DNA of 64,000 bases from the sequence record MZ475895.1; one strand, given 5' to 3'. A program made the position numbers and the translations under genes. This document shows, in pieces, positions 54,208 to 62,477 of the stretch (position 1 is its first letter; each line of letters begins with the position of its first letter). The notes beneath the pieces were generated by a model. The model was given only the letters and a program-made list of their open reading frames with translations. It did not search any database and was not told the DNA's origin.

Positions 54208-56174
54208 TCCAACTTATATTTACGTCGGAACTCTGCTAGACCCATGACAGGAATGCCTTTGTCCATGGCCTTCTGGAGTTTCGCAGAACCCGAGCCTGGG
54301 TCTTTGGCGATAAGAATGGTTGTATCTGCTTTCATGCTATCTGAGGCAGTACCACCAAGCTCAACGATACGCTGCATCAGTTCACGATCACGAATGCCTG
54401 TGAATGCAACGTTAACGCCTTTCAGCTTAGAACTCTTCACCTGAACACGTTTCGGTGCAACCAGCTTAACACCGATTTCATTTGCAAGCTGATACGCAGA
54501 GACACACGCAAGAGCAATATCAGGCGATTTTGTTTTGATGCCGTGAATATCCGAGATAGCTTTAGCGAGCGCCAGAGGATTCTGTTTGCGCACTAGCTTG
54601 TCAAGGTCAGGCACGCTATCGACCACTTTATCAAACGTAGTGTTAGCGCCACGCATGAAGTAAGGCGAGCACGCTTTGAGCCACGTATTGACAGCAACGC
54701 CTGAGCGTAATGCTTTGAGGTCTTTCGCAAGCTGAGCGCCACGCGAGTCACCAACCACTTCACGCAGCACACCGATAGTTGCAGCGAACAAACGGGCAGG
54801 TGTATCAATGCCAGACTCTACGAGCAGCTTCGACGTACTCGGTCCTGTGTTAGCGACATCCAATCCTTTGAGGAATGAACTGAGCAGTCGAGTAGTGCCT
54901 ACCTCAGTCTTGGTATTGATAACGAACTCAACGCCATTGACTTTGTAAGGCACATCAGGCAGCTTTGGCTTCTTCGCAGGCTTGAGAATCTCCATAATGT
55001 ATGGGATTACCTTACCGCTACGAATCAGCTTAACGGTAGCACCCGGGCCAAGAGGTTTCTTAGCATGAGGTGCAGTCGCTTTGCCTTTAGGCTTGAGGTA
55101 GCCGTGCTCAACATAGAATCCATTGTGACCATTAGCACGCTGCACAGTGACGCCACCAGTCATCAACGTTGGTGGGAAGATAACAACAGGCTGCAAGATA
55201 CCGTACTTGGTTTCTTGATAGATAACATCCTCTACCTTAACGATCACTGTGTCAGCTTCTGCATTCATCTTAAACTTGAATGCGTGCTTTGGATTGGATG
55301 CAGTCGCTTTAGGGCTGGGTACATCTTCCGTGAGTACAACACCATCCAGCTCGTAGATAGCTTTAGACAGACGGCGCTCCAAGAACGCGATCAACTCATC
55401 TTCTGAATTGAAGCGCTTTGGTGGCGTATGCCTAACGACTTCGAATCCCCAGCGCTCTAGCAGGGCGAACTGCTTAGACTGTTTGAGCGTAGCACCGTCA
55501 CCGCCGATGATAGAGAAGCACACCATGCGGACGTACTTGAACTCGGACGCTGTTTCAAAGTTACGCACAAGTCCAGACGCAGCGTTACGCGCAGCCTTGA
55601 AGCGACCACCAGCAGACTCATGCATCTTAGCCATGAATGTCTTTTGAGGAATGAGTGCCTCGAAGCGCAACACCGTCTGACCTCTGACTGGAATCTTTTT
55701 AGGGATTTTCATCGCAGGGATATGATGAGACACGTCTTTGCCGTGAGTAGCATCACCACGAGTGTACGCCTTTACGGGCACACCGTCTTGATACACGATC
55801 TCAAGGCTCAAGCCATCGAGCTTGTCCGTTGCAACGTAGTCCACATCTTTCGACAGTGCTTTGGCAATCTGCTTCGAGCCAGCCTGAAACTGATTGAGAC
55901 TTGCCATAGGTACAGGCAGCTTAACATCTGCATCATCACGCTGACCAATCTTACGAGCCAGCTTCGACTTAGGCCATTTAGCGTCGATGTAGTTACGGAT
56001 TGAATCGTACACTGCATCGCTCACTAGACCTTCATCATCCGTATGATATGCGTTGTCCAGAGCGGTTATTAAGTTACGCACTTGCGTCTGGTTCAAGGTG
56101 TCCAAGACCTTTTGAGGGTTCTTGGACAGTTGCTTGAGACTAACAGAGGCAGAAATAGAAAGCCTTACTTTCAT
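54204..56174 (-). CDS. ligA: NAD-dependent DNA ligase
   Basis: Domain Ia AYH...VSDAVYD, KLDG motif, ELDGVV, AFKFK, OB domain RSGKVIPYI, C-terminal BRCT (VAFTG...LGG...KLQKAMDKGIPV). Confidence 0.93.
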   Translation of the reverse strand: MKVRLSISASVSLKQLSKNPQKVLDTLNQTQVRNLITALDNAYHTDDEGLVSDAVYDSIRNYIDAKWPKSKLARKIGQRDDADVKLPVPMASLNQFQAGSKQIAKALSKDVDYVATDKLDGLSLEIVYQDGVPVKAYTRGDATHGKDVSHHIPAMKIPKKIPVRGQTVLRFEALIPQKTFMAKMHESAGGRFKAARNAASGLVRNFETASEFKYVRMVCFSIIGGDGATLKQSKQFALLERWGFEVVRHTPPKRFNSEDELIAFLERRLSKAIYELDGVVLTEDVPSPKATASNPKHAFKFKMNAEADTVIVKVEDVIYQETKYGILQPVVIFPPTLMTGGVTVQRANGHNGFYVEHGYLKPKGKATAPHAKKPLGPGATVKLIRSGKVIPYIMEILKPAKKPKLPDVPYKVNGVEFVINTKTEVGTTRLLSSFLKGLDVANTGPSTSKLLVESGIDTPARLFAATIGVLREVVGDSRGAQLAKDLKALRSGVAVNTWLKACSPYFMRGANTTFDKVVDSVPDLDKLVRKQNPLALAKAISDIHGIKTKSPDIALACVSAYQLANEIGVKLVAPKRVQVKSSKLKGVNVAFTGIRDRELMQRIVELGGTASDSMKADTTILIAKDPGSGSAKLQKAMDKGIPVMGLAEFRRKYKLE

Positions 56175-56213
56175 GCTTTTCTCCGATCGACATTAACACT
56201 CTTGTTTACAGTG

Positions 56214-58160
56214 TTATGATGCGATAGGGTCCTTGTTGACCTCGTAATCTTCCGCCATGTCGTACACGCGATTGAACAGCTTAGGCGCCATATCTTTCAC
56301 ATGCTCGGCATAGTCAAACAGGTTCTGCTTACGCGCACGATTGACACGCACCTGACGTACTTCGTCTGGGCTATTCGTAATGTCGTACAGCGTATACACA
56401 ACGATGTTATCGGAGGAGTTATGAGTGCTTACCTTGAGGACTACCCAATCGCGTTGCAGTTTAGCATCAGCCTTGAAGCGGAGGACGTCGCCCTCTTCGG
56501 CCTCATCTGCACGCGCATCAGGAGTAGACTTGTTAGTTGCGGCAATCTTCTTCGCAGTCTCGGCAGCTTCTTTCTCTGCCTCAGCCACATCAGAATCTTG
56601 GTCTTCATCCGCTTCTGTTTCGTCTACGGCGTCAGAGGTATCGTCATCGGAGTCGTCGGCTTCTTCGTCGTCATCTCCAGACGTATCTTCCTCGTCATCT
56701 CCTCCGTCGTCGGCATCATCAGATTCCACATCGGAGTCGTCATCTGAATCGTCGGAGCTATCATCCCCATCCTCATCATCAGACTCTGAATCGCTATCGT
56801 CAGCATCTTCTTCTGCATCTGGATCGTCCTCTTCCGTTTCGTCGTCTGGGTCAACGTCACCGCCTTCAGGGTCATCCTCTTCCAGCTCGGAGTCGTCGTC
56901 GAGGTTATCCTCTTCTGAGTCGTCTGGCTCATCATCCTTGGTTGAGTTCTTAGCAGAGCCGCCTTTCTTGCGTACCTTAGACTTAGGAGCAACTTCCTCT
57001 TCGTCATCATCTGGTTCATCAATGTCAGACAGGTCAAGCTCGGAATCGACTTCGTTGTCTGCGCTATCATCACCGCCGAACATAGAGCTAACGGTATCCT
57101 CCAGACTGAACACATCACCTGCAAACGGGCTGCGTTGAAGAATGTCTTCAAGGCGCTGCTCATCTAGGTCCTGCTCAAGGTCCAGATGTTCTTCGATAGC
57201 ATCATCGAGGTTTTCATGCTCAATGACTTTAGGCAGACGACGACGATCATTCAGGCCAGGGTCATCAGAGTAGATGGTACGCTGTGGTCCTGTAGGCGCT
57301 TCAATCTCACCGTCACGCACTTTGCGTCTGAGGTCACGCATCTCTGCGCTACGCTCACGCGCTTTCTTACGTGCTTCCTGTGCGAGTTCCTTGCGCTGTT
57401 GTTTACGCTCAAGGGAAGATGCCTCACGACCTAAACGTTCAGCTTCCTCAAGTTCACGGCCTTCGCGATGGCGAGCGCGACGAACCATACGACGATACTG
57501 TTTGATAGTATCAACATCAACACTACCAACAGGCCAGTCATTAAGAGGCAGAATGTTTGTGTCATGCACAATCAGATCGTACTGAGCATCATCAACCTTC
57601 AGGAACAGGCCTTCTGTGTTGATAACGATACCGCCTTTGCCTTGACGCAAGAAACGCACGCCAATCATATCGTTGCGGTACATCTTATAAATACCCTTGG
57701 TAGTCTTCACAGGATATTCATTGCCTGGCACCATGCGCCATTGATAGTTGGCAAAGTCAACGCCGTACACAGCTTCTGACTTAACCGATTTCGGCATAAA
57801 GCGAGGAGCATCAAACAGGGTGCGATTGATCTTACGCTCAAGGCTCTTAGCGCCAGCAACGCGTGCAGTAGTACCAGCCTCACGTTTAACCACAGCTGGT
57901 GGCTTACGCAACTTAGAGCTACGTTCAATGAGGAACAGACCTGTCGTTTTGTCGAGAGGGAAATCGACGTGCGGCATGTCTGGGAAAATCAGTGTATAAC
58001 GACCACCATTCCTGAGTGGCAGAATACCAAAAGTGTCGCCATTACGAATCATACGTTTGTGTGATCGCTGCGTCACCTCTCGTCCACGTGAACCAGTAAA
58101 CTGCATCCACGCGTACTTCGATACGGCATCTTCATATGATGCGGATTCGGAGAGTACCAT
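56214..58160 (-). CDS. Hypothetical protein with basic coiled coil and long acidic tract
   Basis: 648 aa. N-terminal LSESA, two copies of the shared domain, an Arg-rich helix and an ~160-aa D/E tract. Confidence 0.75.
   Translation of the reverse strand: MVLSESASYEDAVSKYAWMQFTGSRGREVTQRSHKRMIRNGDTFGILPLRNGGRYTLIFPDMPHVDFPLDKTTGLFLIERSSKLRKPPAVVKREAGTTARVAGAKSLERKINRTLFDAPRFMPKSVKSEAVYGVDFANYQWRMVPGNEYPVKTTKGIYKMYRNDMIGVRFLRQGKGGIVINTEGLFLKVDDAQYDLIVHDTNILPLNDWPVGSVDVDTIKQYRRMVRRARHREGRELEEAERLGREASSLERKQQRKELAQEARKKARERSAEMRDLRRKVRDGEIEAPTGPQRTIYSDDPGLNDRRRLPKVIEHENLDDAIEEHLDLEQDLDEQRLEDILQRSPFAGDVFSLEDTVSSMFGGDDSADNEVDSELDLSDIDEPDDDEEEVAPKSKVRKKGGSAKNSTKDDEPDDSEEDNLDDDSELEEDDPEGGDVDPDDETEEDDPDAEEDADDSDSESDDEDGDDSSDDSDDDSDVESDDADDGGDDEEDTSGDDDEEADDSDDDTSDAVDETEADEDQDSDVAEAEKEAAETAKKIAATNKSTPDARADEAEEGDVLRFKADAKLQRDWVVLKVSTHNSSDNIVVYTLYDITNSPDEVRQVRVNRARKQNLFDYAEHVKDMAPKLFNRVYDMAEDYEVNKDPIAS
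56590..57080 (-). repeat. Low-complexity Asp/Glu/Ser codon tract
   Basis: Imperfect GAC/GAT/GAA repeats within 56214..58160. Confidence 0.75.
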
Positions 58161-58193
58161 GTTATTGTCTCTTTGTTATACGAACGCTCATTG

Positions 58194-58201
58194 AAATTAG
58201 C
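58194..58201 (-). promoter_or_regulatory. GCTAATTT candidate late-promoter motif
   Basis: Exact octamer after a hairpin, 34 nt upstream of the ATG at 58160. Confidence 0.6.
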
Positions 58202-58213
58202 TTTTTGAGGGAA

Positions 58214-58233
58214 AGCGGGGATTATCCCCCGCT
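58214..58233 (-). terminator. Hairpin overlapping the stop of 58222..62415 (weak terminator)
   Basis: AGCGGGG-GATAAT-CCCCGCT followed by TTCCC. Confidence 0.45.
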
Positions 58234-61200
58234 CATATAACCTCGTGCGGAACAAGACATGGAACCACATGCAGAATCACACACGGTTACCTGTGCCCAC
58301 GTCCATGCACCATTAGGCTGCTCGATAGCGTATACAGCAGACGCATCGAATCCCCAAACCTGAGTAGCATTTTGCAGCGCCTCCAGCTCAGTAGCGAAGT
58401 AACCCTCTTTGAGCGGTTCATCTCGCGTGCCGTGATTAGGAGTTGCAGTCCACGTTTCAAACACAGGACCTTTGACACGCACAGCACTGTTGGACGTAGC
58501 TTTACGCGCAGTAGGCACTTTAGCACGAACAACAGGACGAGCGGTAGTCTTAGGCGCACTTACCTTAGCACGAACAGCATTAGCACTCACGACCTTGATA
58601 GGTGGTGCTGCTTCTGGATGTCCGATAGCCGCAGTAGGAACGTGTTTGATTCCCTCGTTTGAAGCCAGATACGCAGGCGCGGTAGCTTTGAACGCAATGC
58701 TATGCGGAACTACTGAATCAGCCACCAGCTTCAATTGATAGAACTGAGGACGTGATGGGTCAATCAGATATTTCTGCGGAGCTTTCTGCCAATCAGACGC
58801 AGCAGGACCTACGTGGTAGTATACAGGGTTCGTGTGGAAACGAACGAACGGTATCTCAGGCATAAAGATTACTGCCGGATGATATACCGGGTCCACATAC
58901 TTACCGACGACAGCCTTGACCTGATACGTCACTACCGAAGGCATCCACTGAGGACGTGCTGGGTCGATGTGATACGTTGTCGATGTAGACACATACACAG
59001 GCAATGCAGTATCAGCAGCATACAGTCCAGGCTGTTTGACATACTGAGGTCGTGCACCTTCAACGACGACATAAGAGTGATCGACTTTGCGCCCAGGCGC
59101 AGCAGGAACATGATGCAGGCCAGGCTCAGGACGATACTTACCTTCTGTCTTAGGTGCTACAGCCAGAGTCTGCTTAACGTAACGCGGAGCAGCAATCTCG
59201 AATGAATCCCATGCAGCTTCCAAACTAAAGTGCGCATCGAACTCAGGAACAAACGCATCAGCTACTGCCTTACTGCCTTGCGTCATCTCAAACAGCGGGA
59301 ACTCTGCAACAGAGTCCTTTTGTCCGAGTGTTGCTTCGAACAGGGGCATGTCCGTGACTGTGTGTTCTGTGCCTTGCGTCAGTTCGAATAGCGGCATGTC
59401 CGTTACTGCGTGCTCGGTGCCCTGAGTCATTTCAAACAGATCGAACTCAGTTACACCATTAGAGCCTACAACTGCTTCAGGTTTCATCAAAGGAGTTGTT
59501 TCGACAACATCCTTCTTACCTTCCACCAGCTCAAACAGAGGCATGTCCGTTACTGTTTTCTCTGTGCCTTCCATAAGTTCGAACAGGTCGAAATCAGTAA
59601 CAACAATATCCGAACGAGCAATAAGATCTGCCATGCGGAAGTTATCAACGAAGTCTTTCTGACCTGTATCAAACGCAGGACCTGCAACAGTTTCCGCATC
59701 GAACGCAGGCGCTACGAAGTTGCGAACAAGAGGCTCTGCGAGAGTAACAGATGCATCCTCAAACTCAAACAGGTCAATGTAGTTAGCACTGTCTGTCTTA
59801 GTCGCGTACTCAACCTCGATCGAGGTAACGTTCTCCGTGTGTGCTGCAATGTAGTGCTGGTCAACGAACTGCGCTGTCTGCTCTCCCCACTCGTAGGTAG
59901 GGTCAACCGTCATATCATATAACCAAGGCAGTGGTGCATTGCCAAGCATCAGCGTATGTGGTTGATCGTGCGACGGCAGGCCGTAGATTTTCAGCATCGT
60001 GTCTGCGCATTCGAATGGACCTACAACGAGTCCTTGATTCTTATACACACCACGTACGTCCAGCTCTTGGACAACACGATTGCCGTCAACATCAAGCAGC
60101 AAACCTGCAGGCACTGTGATATACGTCCAGAAGTTATCTGGGATGTTATCAAAGAAAATGTCACCGCTATCTGCCATGACGTAACGTTCGGCACGTTTTG
60201 TCTGAGGCACATCACCAAGCCATACCTTGTCAGCCCACACGTACCATTCGTAGTCGTGCTGCTCCGTGCTGAACTTGACAGTGTATTGAATATTCTCTGT
60301 AGGCGTGAACTCAATCTGAGCCGTACCATTAGCAGGAACAGTTACTGTCTTGCCTCCTGACACAAACTTAGCATCGGTGTCAGTGATTGTCAGAACAAGA
60401 GCACTGGTGCCTGTGTTGCGAATAACATCAGAACGTACAGGCTTACCAATAGGTGCGTATGACCAGTGACGTCCTACATTCAGCACAGGTTCGACGATGG
60501 TATACACACCAAACGCGGAGCTTGTCTTGCCTACTTCAACGCTGATCTTTGTCGTGTTGTTTTGTTGCAGCACTTCGAAACCAAGCGTCTGTCCGTTACG
60601 AATAACAGCAGGCTGGGCAGTCTCTACACCATCAACAAAGATCTTAACACGTTCATCAGTTGCTTCTTCACCATCCACCAACACTGTGATAGGAACGGTA
60701 ACGTTGATGCCGCTGATTGTCACATCTTCGGTACGTGTCCACGTATCGTTCTCAACACCAACAATGTTCTCCCACTTGAAAGCGTTAGGAGTATCATCGA
60801 TCTTGGTTTCGAACTGATATACGGTACGACCAATCGCTACAGGGAATGACGTACCTGTAATGTACGCATGAGACAGCGTGACAGTAACTTCATCACCGTT
60901 AAACACACGCGTTACAGGCTTACCACCAACAGTTGCTGATACAGACACACCTGCAGGCGCTGAGATAGCGAGAGGTAAGTCTGGGTCTTCTGCCTGAACT
61001 GTCAACGTGAAACTAACAGTCGGACCAAGCTCAACATCAGCCAGATTAGGCCAGACAGTGTTGTAGTTGCGATAGTCAATGTGCTTCAGGTTGTTTGTAG
61101 GACGCGCTGCGTAATAGAACAGACGGTCATACTGGTCTGCATCTGTATACGGAGCATTGAACAAAGACAGCACAGGCCAGCCGTTACGCGTAGGCGTAGC

Positions 61201-62415
61201 AACATCAGAGCCACGAAGCGAACTGACAAGAGCATCCGTACCATCAGTACACATACCCTTAGACATATAACCAGCATCAGTCCAAGCACCGTCAGACCAG
61301 TAGAACAGTCTGTCACCATTATTGCTGTTACGGCTGCCGGTACCCGCAAACGACCAACGTATCTCTAATGCACGGGCACTGTCAGGAAATGACTCCGAGC
61401 GTGCAACATCATAACCAAGAACAGCAGTTGAACCAGTAGGGAACTGGAACCACAATACATTAGATGGCGGGACATAGCTACCGTTATCTGATACGAACCC
61501 GATAAGCTCACCAGAAGCAGTGGCGAGCATGTCTGTACCATCAGAGGCGTTGACGTAGAACTTGTCCGTCAGTACCTTAGTCTGGTTGAAAGACGCATCG
61601 AGGTAATGGGCAGCACCATCACGGTCAAACACCACATAGCTATCAGCAGTACCATTAAGCGCGAAGTTAGCGCGACGATACACAACACGGTTGACCTTAT
61701 ACCCTAGTTGTATAGGGTCTGCCGTAGACGTCAGGGCTTCATCGAGAATATCGATATGACCATCACGATGAATCAGCACCAGACCTGTGCGCTTACCAGT
61801 AGAGTCAAAAGTCACATGGTAGTGTGCAAGGTCAACGTCAGTCAGTGCGCTGAAGATCTTCGTGTTAGCCACAGCACCGTTAGTGTATAAACAGTACAGG
61901 GTTTTAGCTTGGCGATCATATACGAACGACACACGCTTGGTAAGGTCAAACGGTGCGTATGCGAGATCACTGATTTTAACTACAGGCGATTGCTGCAATT
62001 CAGCCTGAGTAGGATTGCGTACACCACCACCAATAACAAGACCGTTGTACGTCGGGTTTAGGGACGCACCAAGCGGCATTGCATCAACGCCTTGCGTGAA
62101 GAAGCGATAGTCCAGCGTCTTCTTGCGAGGTACGGTGAAGATACGAGAAGCTGAATGAACCAGCATCCAGTTGTCACCGTCTTTGTAATAGACGACTACA
62201 GGCTGGGTTGTTGTCTCATCAACAGTGATAGTTGCCTTGAGGGATAGTGCATACACAGAACCCGTTGGCGTAATGTCCATCTGAGATGTGTTGTTGCTAA
62301 ACGTACCACCAGCAACACGAAACGTCAGGACGTCGGTATGACCAGAAATCGTTACGCTATCTGACCACGTAACTGGACCGCTGGCCTGCTCGACTACAGG
62401 AATCAATTCAGCCAT
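58222..62415 (-). CDS. Large fibre-like structural protein with Ig-like domains and internal peptide repeats
   Basis: 1397 aa. DDTPNAFKWENIVGVE...SEDVTISGINV-type Ig-like domain, beta-propeller-like N-terminal part, and 15-aa repeats. Confidence 0.7.
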   Translation of the reverse strand: MAELIPVVEQASGPVTWSDSVTISGHTDVLTFRVAGGTFSNNTSQMDITPTGSVYALSLKATITVDETTTQPVVVYYKDGDNWMLVHSASRIFTVPRKKTLDYRFFTQGVDAMPLGASLNPTYNGLVIGGGVRNPTQAELQQSPVVKISDLAYAPFDLTKRVSFVYDRQAKTLYCLYTNGAVANTKIFSALTDVDLAHYHVTFDSTGKRTGLVLIHRDGHIDILDEALTSTADPIQLGYKVNRVVYRRANFALNGTADSYVVFDRDGAAHYLDASFNQTKVLTDKFYVNASDGTDMLATASGELIGFVSDNGSYVPPSNVLWFQFPTGSTAVLGYDVARSESFPDSARALEIRWSFAGTGSRNSNNGDRLFYWSDGAWTDAGYMSKGMCTDGTDALVSSLRGSDVATPTRNGWPVLSLFNAPYTDADQYDRLFYYAARPTNNLKHIDYRNYNTVWPNLADVELGPTVSFTLTVQAEDPDLPLAISAPAGVSVSATVGGKPVTRVFNGDEVTVTLSHAYITGTSFPVAIGRTVYQFETKIDDTPNAFKWENIVGVENDTWTRTEDVTISGINVTVPITVLVDGEEATDERVKIFVDGVETAQPAVIRNGQTLGFEVLQQNNTTKISVEVGKTSSAFGVYTIVEPVLNVGRHWSYAPIGKPVRSDVIRNTGTSALVLTITDTDAKFVSGGKTVTVPANGTAQIEFTPTENIQYTVKFSTEQHDYEWYVWADKVWLGDVPQTKRAERYVMADSGDIFFDNIPDNFWTYITVPAGLLLDVDGNRVVQELDVRGVYKNQGLVVGPFECADTMLKIYGLPSHDQPHTLMLGNAPLPWLYDMTVDPTYEWGEQTAQFVDQHYIAAHTENVTSIEVEYATKTDSANYIDLFEFEDASVTLAEPLVRNFVAPAFDAETVAGPAFDTGQKDFVDNFRMADLIARSDIVVTDFDLFELMEGTEKTVTDMPLFELVEGKKDVVETTPLMKPEAVVGSNGVTEFDLFEMTQGTEHAVTDMPLFELTQGTEHTVTDMPLFEATLGQKDSVAEFPLFEMTQGSKAVADAFVPEFDAHFSLEAAWDSFEIAAPRYVKQTLAVAPKTEGKYRPEPGLHHVPAAPGRKVDHSYVVVEGARPQYVKQPGLYAADTALPVYVSTSTTYHIDPARPQWMPSVVTYQVKAVVGKYVDPVYHPAVIFMPEIPFVRFHTNPVYYHVGPAASDWQKAPQKYLIDPSRPQFYQLKLVADSVVPHSIAFKATAPAYLASNEGIKHVPTAAIGHPEAAPPIKVVSANAVRAKVSAPKTTARPVVRAKVPTARKATSNSAVRVKGPVFETWTATPNHGTRDEPLKEGYFATELEALQNATQVWGFDASAVYAIEQPNGAWTWAQVTVCDSACGSMSCSARGYMSGG
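59265..59600 (-). repeat. Imperfect 45-bp / 15-aa tandem repeat (LFE.T.G....VTDMP)
   Basis: About six copies in two blocks: FDLFELMEG, MPLFELVEG, FDLFEMTQG, MPLFELTQG, MPLFEATLG, FPLFEMTQG. Confidence 0.8.
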
Positions 62416-62441
62416 TGCTTTTCCTCACGATGTAGAAACTA

Positions 62442-62464
62442 AAAAGGGCGGCCGAAGCCACCCT
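62442..62464 (-). terminator. Rho-independent terminator
   Basis: GGGTGGC-TTCG-GCCGCCC followed by TTTTT. Confidence 0.85.
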
Positions 62465-62477
62465 GTGAGGAATAGGC

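Noticed and set aside
56194-56216. TAACACT/AGTGTTA inverted repeat before the ligase RBS
   Set aside because: AT-rich 7-bp stem with no U-tract. It may be incidental, and no function can be supported.
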